In this document: positions 45,592 to 54,652 of the stretch, in pieces
How the letters are laid out: each line of letters starts with the position of its first letter
How positions within the stretch are numbered: the first letter of the stretch is position 1
DNA from: a virus
Length of the DNA: 64,000 nt
Direction: 5' to 3' (one strand)
Virus record (IMG/VR): IMGVR_UViG_3300025132_000022
Location: 32,001 to 96,000 of that record
The notes under the pieces: model-generated
Told to the model about the DNA's origin: nothing
Seen by the model: the letters and a program-made list of their open reading frames with translations, nothing else
The model's database searches: none
Translations under genes and position numbers: made by a program

Positions 45592-48500
45592 TTAGACGCT
45601 GACATGTGCGAAACCGTCTTTTTTGTCAATAACGATCTGCGTATCCACTGCGTCTTTAAGAGTATCTAGGTGTGAAATTAGTATAACAGTCTTAAAATAT
45701 GACTTCACCATATCAATAATTCTGACAAAACCTTCCATATTATCCTCGTCCAGCGCTGTACCTGGCTCGTCCAAAATGAAGATATCTGGTTTTGGAAGAC
45801 TTGAAACCGACAGTAGCGATAACCTTATTGCCATCGATGCAATTGTCTTTTCGGCACCCGAACCCATCTCTAGTGGTCTAGGTTCAAACTTGGGATGTTT
45901 AATGAAGATATCCAGTTTCTTGTCCTCGTTTAAAATAAACACCTCGAAGTCAACAATGCCTGTCAAAATCTTCGCAATCTCTTCATTTATCACTGGTAGT
46001 CTGTTCTTTATAACGTTGTATGAAATTCCATTAGTGTGAAAACAGGTCATAAACAATTCATATGCTGCATACTCTACTCTCAGAGACTCCAACTCTTCCT
46101 TGTCATCTTGAAGATTTTTTATCTGCTGCTCCACAGATCCAACCTCTCTGAACAGGTTGTTTGTTTGTTTCTTGCAGGATGCACAGTCCTTCTTGAGTTT
46201 GCCAGCGTCCTTCTCAAGGGAATTCATTTCGCTTATGAGTTCTTCCAGGTTCTCAATTGCTTCACGGTTATCATCGTACTGCTTCAGTTTCGAGTTCAGT
46301 TTCTCTATAATAGAATCCTGCACGGCGATGTCGCTCACGCCTTTGTCAATCTTCAGTTGAAGGTTAGTGACTTTTTCAGACAACTCTATTTTTTTATCCT
46401 TTACTTGTTGATATCTTTCCAGATAACTTGAAACTTTTATCTGCTCATCAGAACTATACTCTTCACCGATCATATTGATCTGCTTAGAGACGCTGCTCAT
46501 GATAGATTGCCTGTCAGATATTGCTTCTTCTACTATAGATGAACATTCCTCGCACAAACGATCTTGCTGAGACACCAGTAGAAATTTCTGCTCTGATGCT
46601 TTTTCAAGGTCTCTCAGTAGACCTTCTATCGCTTCTTCCCTCTTCGCAAAAGAATCCCTCTTGTCTCGATACTTTTCAATGTCAAACTCCGAAAGAAACT
46701 TTACAATCTTTTCATACCTATCTTTTGACTCTTCGATCTCTGTTCTGTTGTCAAGCAATACGCCCTTTAGGTTGCTTAACTTTTTAGTCGCAGTCTCTTT
46801 CTCCATATTGATGCGGACGGGATCGATAATCTCTGTTGGAGCAGCGTCAACTTTACCCTTAATGGTAGCGACCCGCTTCTGAAGGTCCTGTACTTGCCCC
46901 TCCATTTGTTTGCATCTTTCTTGATTTTTCTTAAGTATCTCATTCTTTTCGACCAGAACGCTAGTTGCTTGTTCGATTTGCTGATCATAATCATTTCCCT
47001 CCAATCTCCTCAAAGCGCCTCGTATGTCGGCGGACTCATCTTTTGCCATTTTAAATTTTCTGTCGAACACTTCCAGGTCAAGAAACTTGGCAAGGATTTC
47101 TTTTCTCTTAGTTGATCCCTGATTTATAAATGTAAGAGAATCCAGTTGGGACGCCATTGATGTCATCAAGAAGTCGTCCAGGTTTCCAAAGTATTTCCTA
47201 ATGTTGTTGTCAGTGTCTTGTCTGGATGTTCCATTTAAACTTTCAGTATTACCAATCGCGTCACTGGAGTAGAAGTTAACATCCGTCTTTGCTTCCTCTG
47301 TTTCCACACCTTTCAGTTTCTTGGTGTACTTCTCAGATATGCGCTCAATACTCAGTTCCTTGTCCGCAATCTTGATTGTTGCTTTGGCGGAACCTACATC
47401 CATGTTTTGATTAATCATGTTTAAGTTTTTTCTGACTGACTTGGAAGTTGAATTGTACACTGCATACAACAAACTGTCAACAACGGAGGACTTACCCGAA
47501 AAGTTCTTTCCGAAGATTCCAACGATACCCTCCAGTTTTGTAAAGTCTATCTTGTTGTTAGATCCATAATTAAAGAGACCATCCCACTCTAGCGACTGCA
47601 TACTCCAGTTTACATTCCTGTAAACTTCTTCAGAGTCCTCAATGGTCTTGTTTATTTTAGAGTTTAGGGACAGTACCTTTTCCATCACTTCCTCGGCGAC
47701 TTCATAGTCCTCAAGGTAGTCCTTGATTAATCTATTTTGAACATTGATGTTCCTAAGATCTTCCTGTCGTACCGTGTCACTCTCTACGTCCAGTGCTTTA
47801 CTAGATGCTCTATTTAAGTACGTTATGCTTTCTGGTTTGAATTTGAATTTAGCTATGTCAACGCTTCGGCGCATGACATCGAGCGAGATGTTCGAATCTG
47901 CAACCAACCTTAAACGTGCACCATCTGGAATCTCTGTGTCAGGTAAAGTCCCATCTTTGTTGAGGTTTATAGTAACAAAGGGTTGCGGGTTCTTGAATGT
48001 AATCAACTTACATGTAAAATCGTCCTTACTGGCAATATCCCAAAGCAAATACCCCTTATCCAAGGACTCTCCAAAGTTCTGTTGTACAGTTGAACCAGCG
48101 TACCGAATGCGACCATGAGTATCTAAAATTTGCGTTTTGTGTATATCACCAAGGAAGGCAAAATCAAATTCATCAAAAATGCTGATGTCGTGATCTCCGC
48201 CCAGTGTCCAATTCAGATCTGTTTTCGATTTATCGATAGCACCGTGATAGAGTGCAATGTTGACCGCGTGTTCATCTGTAGGGTCTGTCCAATTGTCTTC
48301 GTCAAATACAGATAAAACATTTAGGCAAAACCCGCCCTCTAAGCGATGTTCTCCAGCGTTCTTGAGTAAGACTATGCGATCATTGTCTAACGCCTTCACA
48401 ATGGGCGATATCGCATCCTGACGACTATCATTTTTCAGATTGCCGTCGTGATTTCCCAGTATAATGTAAGTTGGTGCAATTTTGGCAAGTTGAGTGAAAA

Positions 48501-48687
48501 ATTCTCTTGCCATGTCAACAAACTCTGGAGATATCTGTGTCTTTGTGTGTGCGATGTCTCCGCAATGAATTATGTAATCTACCTTCTCCTCTTTTAGAGA
48601 AGCGTACAATTGCTTGAAGACTTCATTATATTCATAGTGAAACTTAAGGTTGCGGATATGCGTATCCGCGATGTGGGCAAACTTCAT
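45592..48687 (-). CDS. Fused Mre11/SbcD nuclease - Rad50/SbcC ATPase (gp47-gp46 fusion)
   Basis: HIADTH, GDIAH, GNHD, YHG, GDIHK phosphoesterase motifs; GKNFSGKS Walker A, coiled coil with CEEC, SGAEK signature, ILDEP Walker B, ISH. Confidence 0.92.
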   Translation of the reverse strand: MKFAHIADTHIRNLKFHYEYNEVFKQLYASLKEEKVDYIIHCGDIAHTKTQISPEFVDMAREFFTQLAKIAPTYIILGNHDGNLKNDSRQDAISPIVKALDNDRIVLLKNAGEHRLEGGFCLNVLSVFDEDNWTDPTDEHAVNIALYHGAIDKSKTDLNWTLGGDHDISIFDEFDFAFLGDIHKTQILDTHGRIRYAGSTVQQNFGESLDKGYLLWDIASKDDFTCKLITFKNPQPFVTINLNKDGTLPDTEIPDGARLRLVADSNISLDVMRRSVDIAKFKFKPESITYLNRASSKALDVESDTVRQEDLRNINVQNRLIKDYLEDYEVAEEVMEKVLSLNSKINKTIEDSEEVYRNVNWSMQSLEWDGLFNYGSNNKIDFTKLEGIVGIFGKNFSGKSSVVDSLLYAVYNSTSKSVRKNLNMINQNMDVGSAKATIKIADKELSIERISEKYTKKLKGVETEEAKTDVNFYSSDAIGNTESLNGTSRQDTDNNIRKYFGNLDDFLMTSMASQLDSLTFINQGSTKRKEILAKFLDLEVFDRKFKMAKDESADIRGALRRLEGNDYDQQIEQATSVLVEKNEILKKNQERCKQMEGQVQDLQKRVATIKGKVDAAPTEIIDPVRINMEKETATKKLSNLKGVLLDNRTEIEESKDRYEKIVKFLSEFDIEKYRDKRDSFAKREEAIEGLLRDLEKASEQKFLLVSQQDRLCEECSSIVEEAISDRQSIMSSVSKQINMIGEEYSSDEQIKVSSYLERYQQVKDKKIELSEKVTNLQLKIDKGVSDIAVQDSIIEKLNSKLKQYDDNREAIENLEELISEMNSLEKDAGKLKKDCASCKKQTNNLFREVGSVEQQIKNLQDDKEELESLRVEYAAYELFMTCFHTNGISYNVIKNRLPVINEEIAKILTGIVDFEVFILNEDKKLDIFIKHPKFEPRPLEMGSGAEKTIASMAIRLSLLSVSSLPKPDIFILDEPGTALDEDNMEGFVRIIDMVKSYFKTVILISHLDTLKDAVDTQIVIDKKDGFAHVSV

Positions 48688-48698
48688 CGAACCTCCGA

Positions 48699-48887
48699 TT
48701 AAATGTTTACGTTTTCGTTAATGTGGGTGAATAGTCTTTCTAGAAAGTTGATTTTCTGATTTTCGTTCAATGATTCGAACTGCTTGATGGTATCTTCTGC
48801 CATAGAAAATCCCTCACCGCTGGTGTCGAAGGACCTCTCGATCTCTTCACTAATTAATGATTTTAACTTCTTCTTATCAATAAGCAT
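48699..48887 (-). CDS. Small hypothetical protein (62 aa), possibly an internal head protein
   Basis: SD GGAGG; ACTACTTA motif at 48919-48926; LKSLISEEIE. Confidence 0.6.
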   Translation of the reverse strand: MLIDKKKLKSLISEEIERSFDTSGEGFSMAEDTIKQFESLNENQKINFLERLFTHINENVNI

Positions 48888-48891
48888 CTCT

Positions 48892-49818
48892 TTAACCTCC
48901 AAAGTCAAGTGTTTGTAATAAGTAGTCCTCTCGTGTTATAAGAGAGGCACGTTTCTTATACTCGCTCAATAGATGATCTGGCACTTCTCCCAGATCAGGA
49001 TAATCATATAGTTTAATTTTACATACTTTGACACCAAAGTCAAGTAAATTCTTGACTATTTTTAGTTCTTTTTGTTTGGCGTCCTGATCTAAGCAGATAT
49101 ATACTATCTTGCACTTTTCAACTATCTTCATAAAGAGTTTGCTCTTCATGTTTAGTGTTGATCCCAAGATCGGAATGCTGTTTTCGTACTTAAGAGAATC
49201 GAAAAAACCCTCAACAAGAACCACAGGTTTGGTCCAGTCGACAAATATGTCATTAAACACCACATCTCTAGAACACGGTGGATTCTTATATTTCATATAG
49301 CAGTTGCCGAAAGATCTTGCAATATAGTAATTCAACTCACCACTAGAATCAAAAGACGGAACTACAACCCTGTTCTTATACGGACCATGAAAGCAGAACC
49401 CCATCTTATAGAGAAGTATGTCGGCGAAGGTTACACCCCTGTCTAAAAGGTATTTCTTTGCTTTCTTGCCGATAGAGGAAAGTTTCGCACTAGACAGAGA
49501 TGTAAAATGCTCTGGAAGATCTAAACTCTCCTTCATTACATACTTGTCTTTTTCCTTAAACAATTCATCAAATCTGGTTATCTCAACCTGATTTACGAGT
49601 GAGTTCCACCTGGACCTCAACTCCCTATCTCTTATGAGGGTTCCCAGATTATTTCCACGATAGTCACAGATCCAGCACTTAAACGCATTTTTGTTTATGT
49701 TGACTGACATTTTTCTTTTGTGATGATTGCACTTGGGACAATAGAACAACATCTCGTCGTTCGACTCGTAATAAGAACCAAGACTTTGTTTTATAATACT
49801 TAATTTTTCACTATACAA
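48892..49818 (-). CDS. DNA primase (Zn finger plus TOPRIM)
   Basis: CPKC..H, CWIC, YLLDRG, RVVVP, YYIAR, KYKNP, LVEGFFD, CLDQDA. Confidence 0.9.
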   Translation of the reverse strand: MYSEKLSIIKQSLGSYYESNDEMLFYCPKCNHHKRKMSVNINKNAFKCWICDYRGNNLGTLIRDRELRSRWNSLVNQVEITRFDELFKEKDKYVMKESLDLPEHFTSLSSAKLSSIGKKAKKYLLDRGVTFADILLYKMGFCFHGPYKNRVVVPSFDSSGELNYYIARSFGNCYMKYKNPPCSRDVVFNDIFVDWTKPVVLVEGFFDSLKYENSIPILGSTLNMKSKLFMKIVEKCKIVYICLDQDAKQKELKIVKNLLDFGVKVCKIKLYDYPDLGEVPDHLLSEYKKRASLITREDYLLQTLDFGG

Positions 49819-50324
49819 AGATTATAACCCGCTTTCGCTATTACCCAACTATCTGACTTGTCCATGATACCTGGTTTTACATTTCCATTCTTTGTATATT
49901 CTACTATGAAAGTGGGTTCATTTGCAACAACAAAATCAAAACTTTTTTGTTTTCCCTTTTCGCCTTTGGAAACCTTTATACCAACCTGCTTTCTGGCCGA
50001 GGTTGCTGCGAGCATCTCAGGCATACGATCAAACTCATTCCAGCACACCCAAGACACTATGCCATTGAATCTAGACAGTGTCGACAAGGTCTGTGCTGAA
50101 GAGAATCCAGAACGAAAAGATTGTAGTGACTGCTCTATGAAAATGTGTTCAAATTTGTACGGCAAGTCTTGCAACATCCTCTTTACGTAGTCTGCCTTGT
50201 GGTAGATTGTTGGGAAGTGATTTTTGTTCCTCGTGTCCCAATACTCGTTATACACGCATTTTCCACTCGCATCAAGAACAGTCACGCCTGTTATGCTTGT
50301 TGATACATCTAACCCTAGAATCAT
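49800..50324 (-). CDS. RuvC-like Holliday junction resolvase
   Basis: MILGLDVSTSITG, IFIEQ, ARKQVG, DKSDSWVIA. Confidence 0.85.
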   Translation of the reverse strand: MILGLDVSTSITGVTVLDASGKCVYNEYWDTRNKNHFPTIYHKADYVKRMLQDLPYKFEHIFIEQSLQSFRSGFSSAQTLSTLSRFNGIVSWVCWNEFDRMPEMLAATSARKQVGIKVSKGEKGKQKSFDFVVANEPTFIVEYTKNGNVKPGIMDKSDSWVIAKAGYNLCIVKN

Positions 50325-50992
50325 TTATTGTCCAATAAAAAAGAGGCATATCCTTCGATTAGTTTCTTCTTTTCTGAGTCCTGGTCCATGTGATACCACT
50401 CCCATGCCACGCTTTTAGTCATGTTGTTTATGTTGTGTTGAATTTTTTGTATCTTCTTATCAATATCCTCAACACCAACAGGCACTTCGTCAGGTATCTC
50501 TATGTCTAGCATTGTCGCATACTCAACTAATTTAAAATAATTCTCACTGTCCACTGCGGCGGTTACCTTTTGGAATATTTGTTTCTTCTCTTCGTCGTCG
50601 CCTATCTTGTCGGGGTGTGTCTTGCTTGCTATCTTCCTGTACAAACTCTTATATTCCTTTGGTAACAGTTTTTTAGGTTTTTCTTGTGGTGGGTCTATGA
50701 TCTGTTCCTCGAAATCTGGTTGTACCTTGTTCTTGTTTTTCTTGTACTGCGCTTGTTGTTTCGCACGCTTGGCGGTCTTATTCATAGGTTTCTCATCTTC
50801 TCCAACCAGTCCTGCAATTTTTTTGAGTTTATGTTTAACTGTTCTGTTATCAATTGATTCTATGTAATCCTTGAAGTATTTTGAAAATTGCTCCATTGCT
50901 TTTATGTTTATTATCTCATGGATTTCCAATTTCTTCAAGGAAAATTTTAATTCATGAATTTTTAGTTCAAAGATTTGATTTTTGTTCTTCAC
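50321..50992 (-). CDS. J-domain (DnaJ-like) protein
   Basis: KSLYRKIASKTHPDK...FQKVTAA J-domain core with intact HPD. Confidence 0.75.
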   Translation of the reverse strand: MKNKNQIFELKIHELKFSLKKLEIHEIINIKAMEQFSKYFKDYIESIDNRTVKHKLKKIAGLVGEDEKPMNKTAKRAKQQAQYKKNKNKVQPDFEEQIIDPPQEKPKKLLPKEYKSLYRKIASKTHPDKIGDDEEKKQIFQKVTAAVDSENYFKLVEYATMLDIEIPDEVPVGVEDIDKKIQKIQHNINNMTKSVAWEWYHMDQDSEKKKLIEGYASFLLDNK

Positions 50993-52305
50993 TAGAAATC
51001 CAACTTTAATTTAAACGTGTAGTCCCTGTTTTCGGTTTTGCGGATTGGGTTTGCAAGTTTGGCAACGGCAATCAGTCTGCGCTGATCGTCATAGATTCCT
51101 ATTTTCGAGACGTACACCTGCTTGTTGAAAGACCCAGTTGGATCTGGATATGGACTGTGTTGTAAATTTTCGAACATCAGATCATCAAATTCCTGATACT
51201 TGGTCGAACTTGTAATAGGTGATTTTGGCTGATTCCTCTTATATACAGTCGGGTTCGTAGAGTTGTTTAACTCTCCCTTTGGCATGTGCGCCATCATCGT
51301 TACTGTTGGTACAAAACTCACCCCTTTAAATTTCATCCTAAACATTGCATTCTGCAAGAGTCCACGAGACGGTCCATCGTCTTCGTTAGCACCTTCAGCA
51401 AAATCAATCCATCGCGGCCTTGACACTTGAGCGTTAAACGTTTCAGTCGCGTCTTGGGAGACGTCCCAACTTCCAGTGAGTGCAATAAATCCCTCATTGT
51501 ACAGGACTGTTCCAACAACCTTGTTGTTATGCTTTTTGGCGTTATATGTTCCAGATACTTGAATCAGTTCTCCATTCTTCTTTATGTCTCTTGCCTCTGC
51601 TGCAAGAGCACCTGTCATAAAAATTTGTAAAACAACAGACCCCTTGTCGATACTAGATCCGTAAAATATGCTGGGTATTTCCACTAGAGACATTTCTTGC
51701 GTTGCTTTGTTCCAACCCTTGATACCCATATCATGAACGTCGTTGGATCTAGGATTAGTGGTATCATCAAAAGCAAAATGGTGACTGTGTCTTATGTTTT
51801 CGTTAAAGGTGTTCCTCAATGCGATAATGAACTTCTTATTTCTAACAACCCTACTGTAACTTCCATGGAACCGTGAATCATCATTTCTTTCTTGTATTGA
51901 AGAAACGCCGCCATCTAGTCTCGTTCTCTTGATACTGGAAGAGAGAGGGTACTGTGATTTAATGACGTCTCCGAATTTAAACTGGTTGGATGAATCAAAC
52001 TCACTTGTGCTGATTGTTTTGAATGCCGTGCGTGCACCATCCTTTGTTATAAACGGATATATGGAAGTGCCAGCGGGCGGTAAAGCGAGACCGCCATTGT
52101 TGATGGGTCTATCAACGTTCAATTCGAAAAGAGATATAAAACCCTGCGGGACTGCCAATAGGTTACCGTTTTCGGCCGCTCTGTCATCAGAATTTTTAAA
52201 ATTATTGTAATATACCTTAGAGTCATAGATTATAAAATCTGATTCTGGAAAAGTCTTTACTTGATTGTATATTAAATCGTATTTACCAAATCTCTTAAAC
52301 GGCAT
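50992..52305 (-). CDS. Baseplate/tail-collar structural protein (437 aa)
   Basis: C-terminal VYVSKIGIYDDQRRLIAVAKLANPIRK...KLDF; paralog of 52318-53562. Confidence 0.6.
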   Translation of the reverse strand: MPFKRFGKYDLIYNQVKTFPESDFIIYDSKVYYNNFKNSDDRAAENGNLLAVPQGFISLFELNVDRPINNGGLALPPAGTSIYPFITKDGARTAFKTISTSEFDSSNQFKFGDVIKSQYPLSSSIKRTRLDGGVSSIQERNDDSRFHGSYSRVVRNKKFIIALRNTFNENIRHSHHFAFDDTTNPRSNDVHDMGIKGWNKATQEMSLVEIPSIFYGSSIDKGSVVLQIFMTGALAAEARDIKKNGELIQVSGTYNAKKHNNKVVGTVLYNEGFIALTGSWDVSQDATETFNAQVSRPRWIDFAEGANEDDGPSRGLLQNAMFRMKFKGVSFVPTVTMMAHMPKGELNNSTNPTVYKRNQPKSPITSSTKYQEFDDLMFENLQHSPYPDPTGSFNKQVYVSKIGIYDDQRRLIAVAKLANPIRKTENRDYTFKLKLDF

Positions 52306-52317
52306 AACACACCGCCC

Positions 52318-53562
52318 CTAATAGTCTAACCTTACTCTTAGCGTAAGTTCGTTTGTTGGATCCTTTCTAAGAGGTTCTGAAAGTTTCGCCGTTGCCATTA
52401 GTTCGTTGTCTGGTGAATAAAGACCAATCGAAGTCACGTAAGAGACAGGCATGTCACTTGGGACGTCTTTTACCCTAATCTTGGAAGACTGGAGATAAGT
52501 TGGATTTGCACTGTAATTAAACTCGTTATGATTCGCTCTACAGAAGTAGACTGTTGAGTTAAGTTCTGTCGTGTTATTGAAAGACAGGTTGTGAATTCTT
52601 CTTCTAATATTATTAGCAATGTGTTCAATCTTTGAACCCGTCAGCATTTGAGTAATACTCGCACTAAATGAAGTGTTAACCTGACTGTTGTGGCCTGAGA
52701 AGTGATCACCAGTTGAGTGCTCACCATTCATACTCATCGAGACTGTAGTTGAAAGTAAACCCGTATTTCCGTCGAGACCTGAGTCACCATCATGTCCCAT
52801 GAAGACAGACGCAGTCAAAACTGCAACACCTGCTTGGTAGAAGATAAGTCCTGCATGCCCATCAACGGAAAGACTACCAGTGATTCTGTTACTGATGTCC
52901 TGCTCGTCGCTTTTCGACCCAAAGGACGCGGAAAGAATACCATACTCACCTGCTGGTGAATTGATTCTATAATCATTTTGTGCATTCGTGTCTTTAAGTG
53001 TCAAAATGTTCACAAGTTGAGATCTCAACCCCTTCTTCTTCAAGACAGGATTTACACCAAGATCCAGTTGGAAACTACCTTTCTTTATTTCATCCTTAAC
53101 AAGAAGTCTAGACAGGTTAATAAAAATAACTTCCTTCATCTTACCAAATGCATCTGCGGTATCCTTGGGATCCGAAACGTTACCGTCGTTGTCGAACAAT
53201 CTAATGTTACCAGATGTATCGTGACCCATAAGTACTTGAGCCATTTGATTGTACATGGAGATTTTCTTTTCCTGCTGTGCTCTTGCGACCGTTTTGACAT
53301 TGCCAGATAAGGAACTTCTAGATGAATACCCAACAGAAATATCAAAAATATGATTAGCAGAGGAACTCAAGTAAGGATAGTCGTAGACTGATTGAAACAT
53401 TCCGTGAGAATAGTTTTTAACATTCAACTCTGTCTTGAGTCCCAGGTCTCCACCGTGGTACGTTCCTGAGACAATCGCTCCAGTAATTGGTATCGCCTCA
53501 TGAAGAAGAGTTTTAGTTGTTGTGATGTCGTTATTCAAAAATGTTTTAAATGTTGTAGCCAT
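52318..53562 (-). CDS. Baseplate/tail-collar structural protein (414 aa)
   Basis: EFNYSANPT, YVTSIGLYSPDNELMATAKLSEPLRK...RVRLDY. Confidence 0.6.
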   Translation of the reverse strand: MATTFKTFLNNDITTTKTLLHEAIPITGAIVSGTYHGGDLGLKTELNVKNYSHGMFQSVYDYPYLSSSANHIFDISVGYSSRSSLSGNVKTVARAQQEKKISMYNQMAQVLMGHDTSGNIRLFDNDGNVSDPKDTADAFGKMKEVIFINLSRLLVKDEIKKGSFQLDLGVNPVLKKKGLRSQLVNILTLKDTNAQNDYRINSPAGEYGILSASFGSKSDEQDISNRITGSLSVDGHAGLIFYQAGVAVLTASVFMGHDGDSGLDGNTGLLSTTVSMSMNGEHSTGDHFSGHNSQVNTSFSASITQMLTGSKIEHIANNIRRRIHNLSFNNTTELNSTVYFCRANHNEFNYSANPTYLQSSKIRVKDVPSDMPVSYVTSIGLYSPDNELMATAKLSEPLRKDPTNELTLRVRLDY

Positions 53563-53571
53563 GTTTTATCC

Positions 53572-54615
53572 TTACGCCTTCTTAGTATATCTAATCGGAA
53601 TGTCAAGCGAAACACCCGTTGTTGCAGAAGTAATCTTAATGATTGTATCAATTATCTTAAATGACAATGCAGTGCCTTCAGAATCGGTAGATTTGAGACC
53701 TGCCTGATCTGCTCCACTTATGGTGCCACCAAGTTTGTCAAACAAGAAGCTAGACGACTTCAAATTGATGCTTGGTTCAATTTTAAAGTGTAGTATCGAA
53801 TCTCTGGGTCCATTAATTCTGTGTATCGACAAATCGCCATCTACCGAACCTGCGTTAGTTGTTGGCAAACTGTCAACGACGACAGGTGCTTGATTAGTGT
53901 TCTTGGTGATGACAAGTGGACTACCTTGTCCAGATACCGTGTTCTCACTAATATAGTAAGACGCAACCTGGTCATCATCAATGAAAGATACTGGTACCTG
54001 ATCTGCATTGGCAGATACCAAAGACCCAAGTCGATGATCCATTTCAATGATAAATTGAGTTTCTTGCAAGGTTGCTGGCATGTTGACTGCTGGTGAAATT
54101 TCCGTAGTATCCAAACCTCGCTCAATCAGTATCGACTGATTAAATGATCTAAGTCTCTCGGACGTTCTTCCTCTGAGAATGCCATCATCGGTTGCGGAAT
54201 CGGTGCTGAGTTGGTCTTCAGTGTTTTTATCCACTGTCACGAGATAACCACCAGTGGTAGTATTAATCTTACTAGCACTGAGCTTAGGTGATTGCAACGT
54301 CTTATTTGGATTTCCGCCATTCATCAACCTCATTACAGGCAAATACAATATATTAGTTCTTGTGATGGTAATTAACTTGCTCTTCATCGTGGAAGTGTTA
54401 TTTGTAAACGCTTCTAACAAAGGAGTCCTTAAAACCTCCAGGTCGTAATATGCAGAACCACTGGGGTGATTCTTGTTATATAATGAATAATCAATCTCGT
54501 CGTCGCCGAGGGCAAACTTGGAAATTCTAAAATCCCCTCGTGCCATTCTAAAGCGACCTGTGTCTGTCAATACGGCGTCTAAGATTATATCGCCAGAATT
54601 ATCAAGAAATGCCAT
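53572..54615 (-). CDS. Baseplate/tail-collar structural protein (347 aa)
   Basis: MAFLDNSGDIILDAVLTDTGR...FALGDDEIDY; promoter-like TCTATTTA at 54643-54650. Confidence 0.6.
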   Translation of the reverse strand: MAFLDNSGDIILDAVLTDTGRFRMARGDFRISKFALGDDEIDYSLYNKNHPSGSAYYDLEVLRTPLLEAFTNNTSTMKSKLITITRTNILYLPVMRLMNGGNPNKTLQSPKLSASKINTTTGGYLVTVDKNTEDQLSTDSATDDGILRGRTSERLRSFNQSILIERGLDTTEISPAVNMPATLQETQFIIEMDHRLGSLVSANADQVPVSFIDDDQVASYYISENTVSGQGSPLVITKNTNQAPVVVDSLPTTNAGSVDGDLSIHRINGPRDSILHFKIEPSINLKSSSFLFDKLGGTISGADQAGLKSTDSEGTALSFKIIDTIIKITSATTGVSLDIPIRYTKKA

Positions 54616-54652
54616 GTACTAAAACTCCTCAAACTTCACATCTAAATAGATT

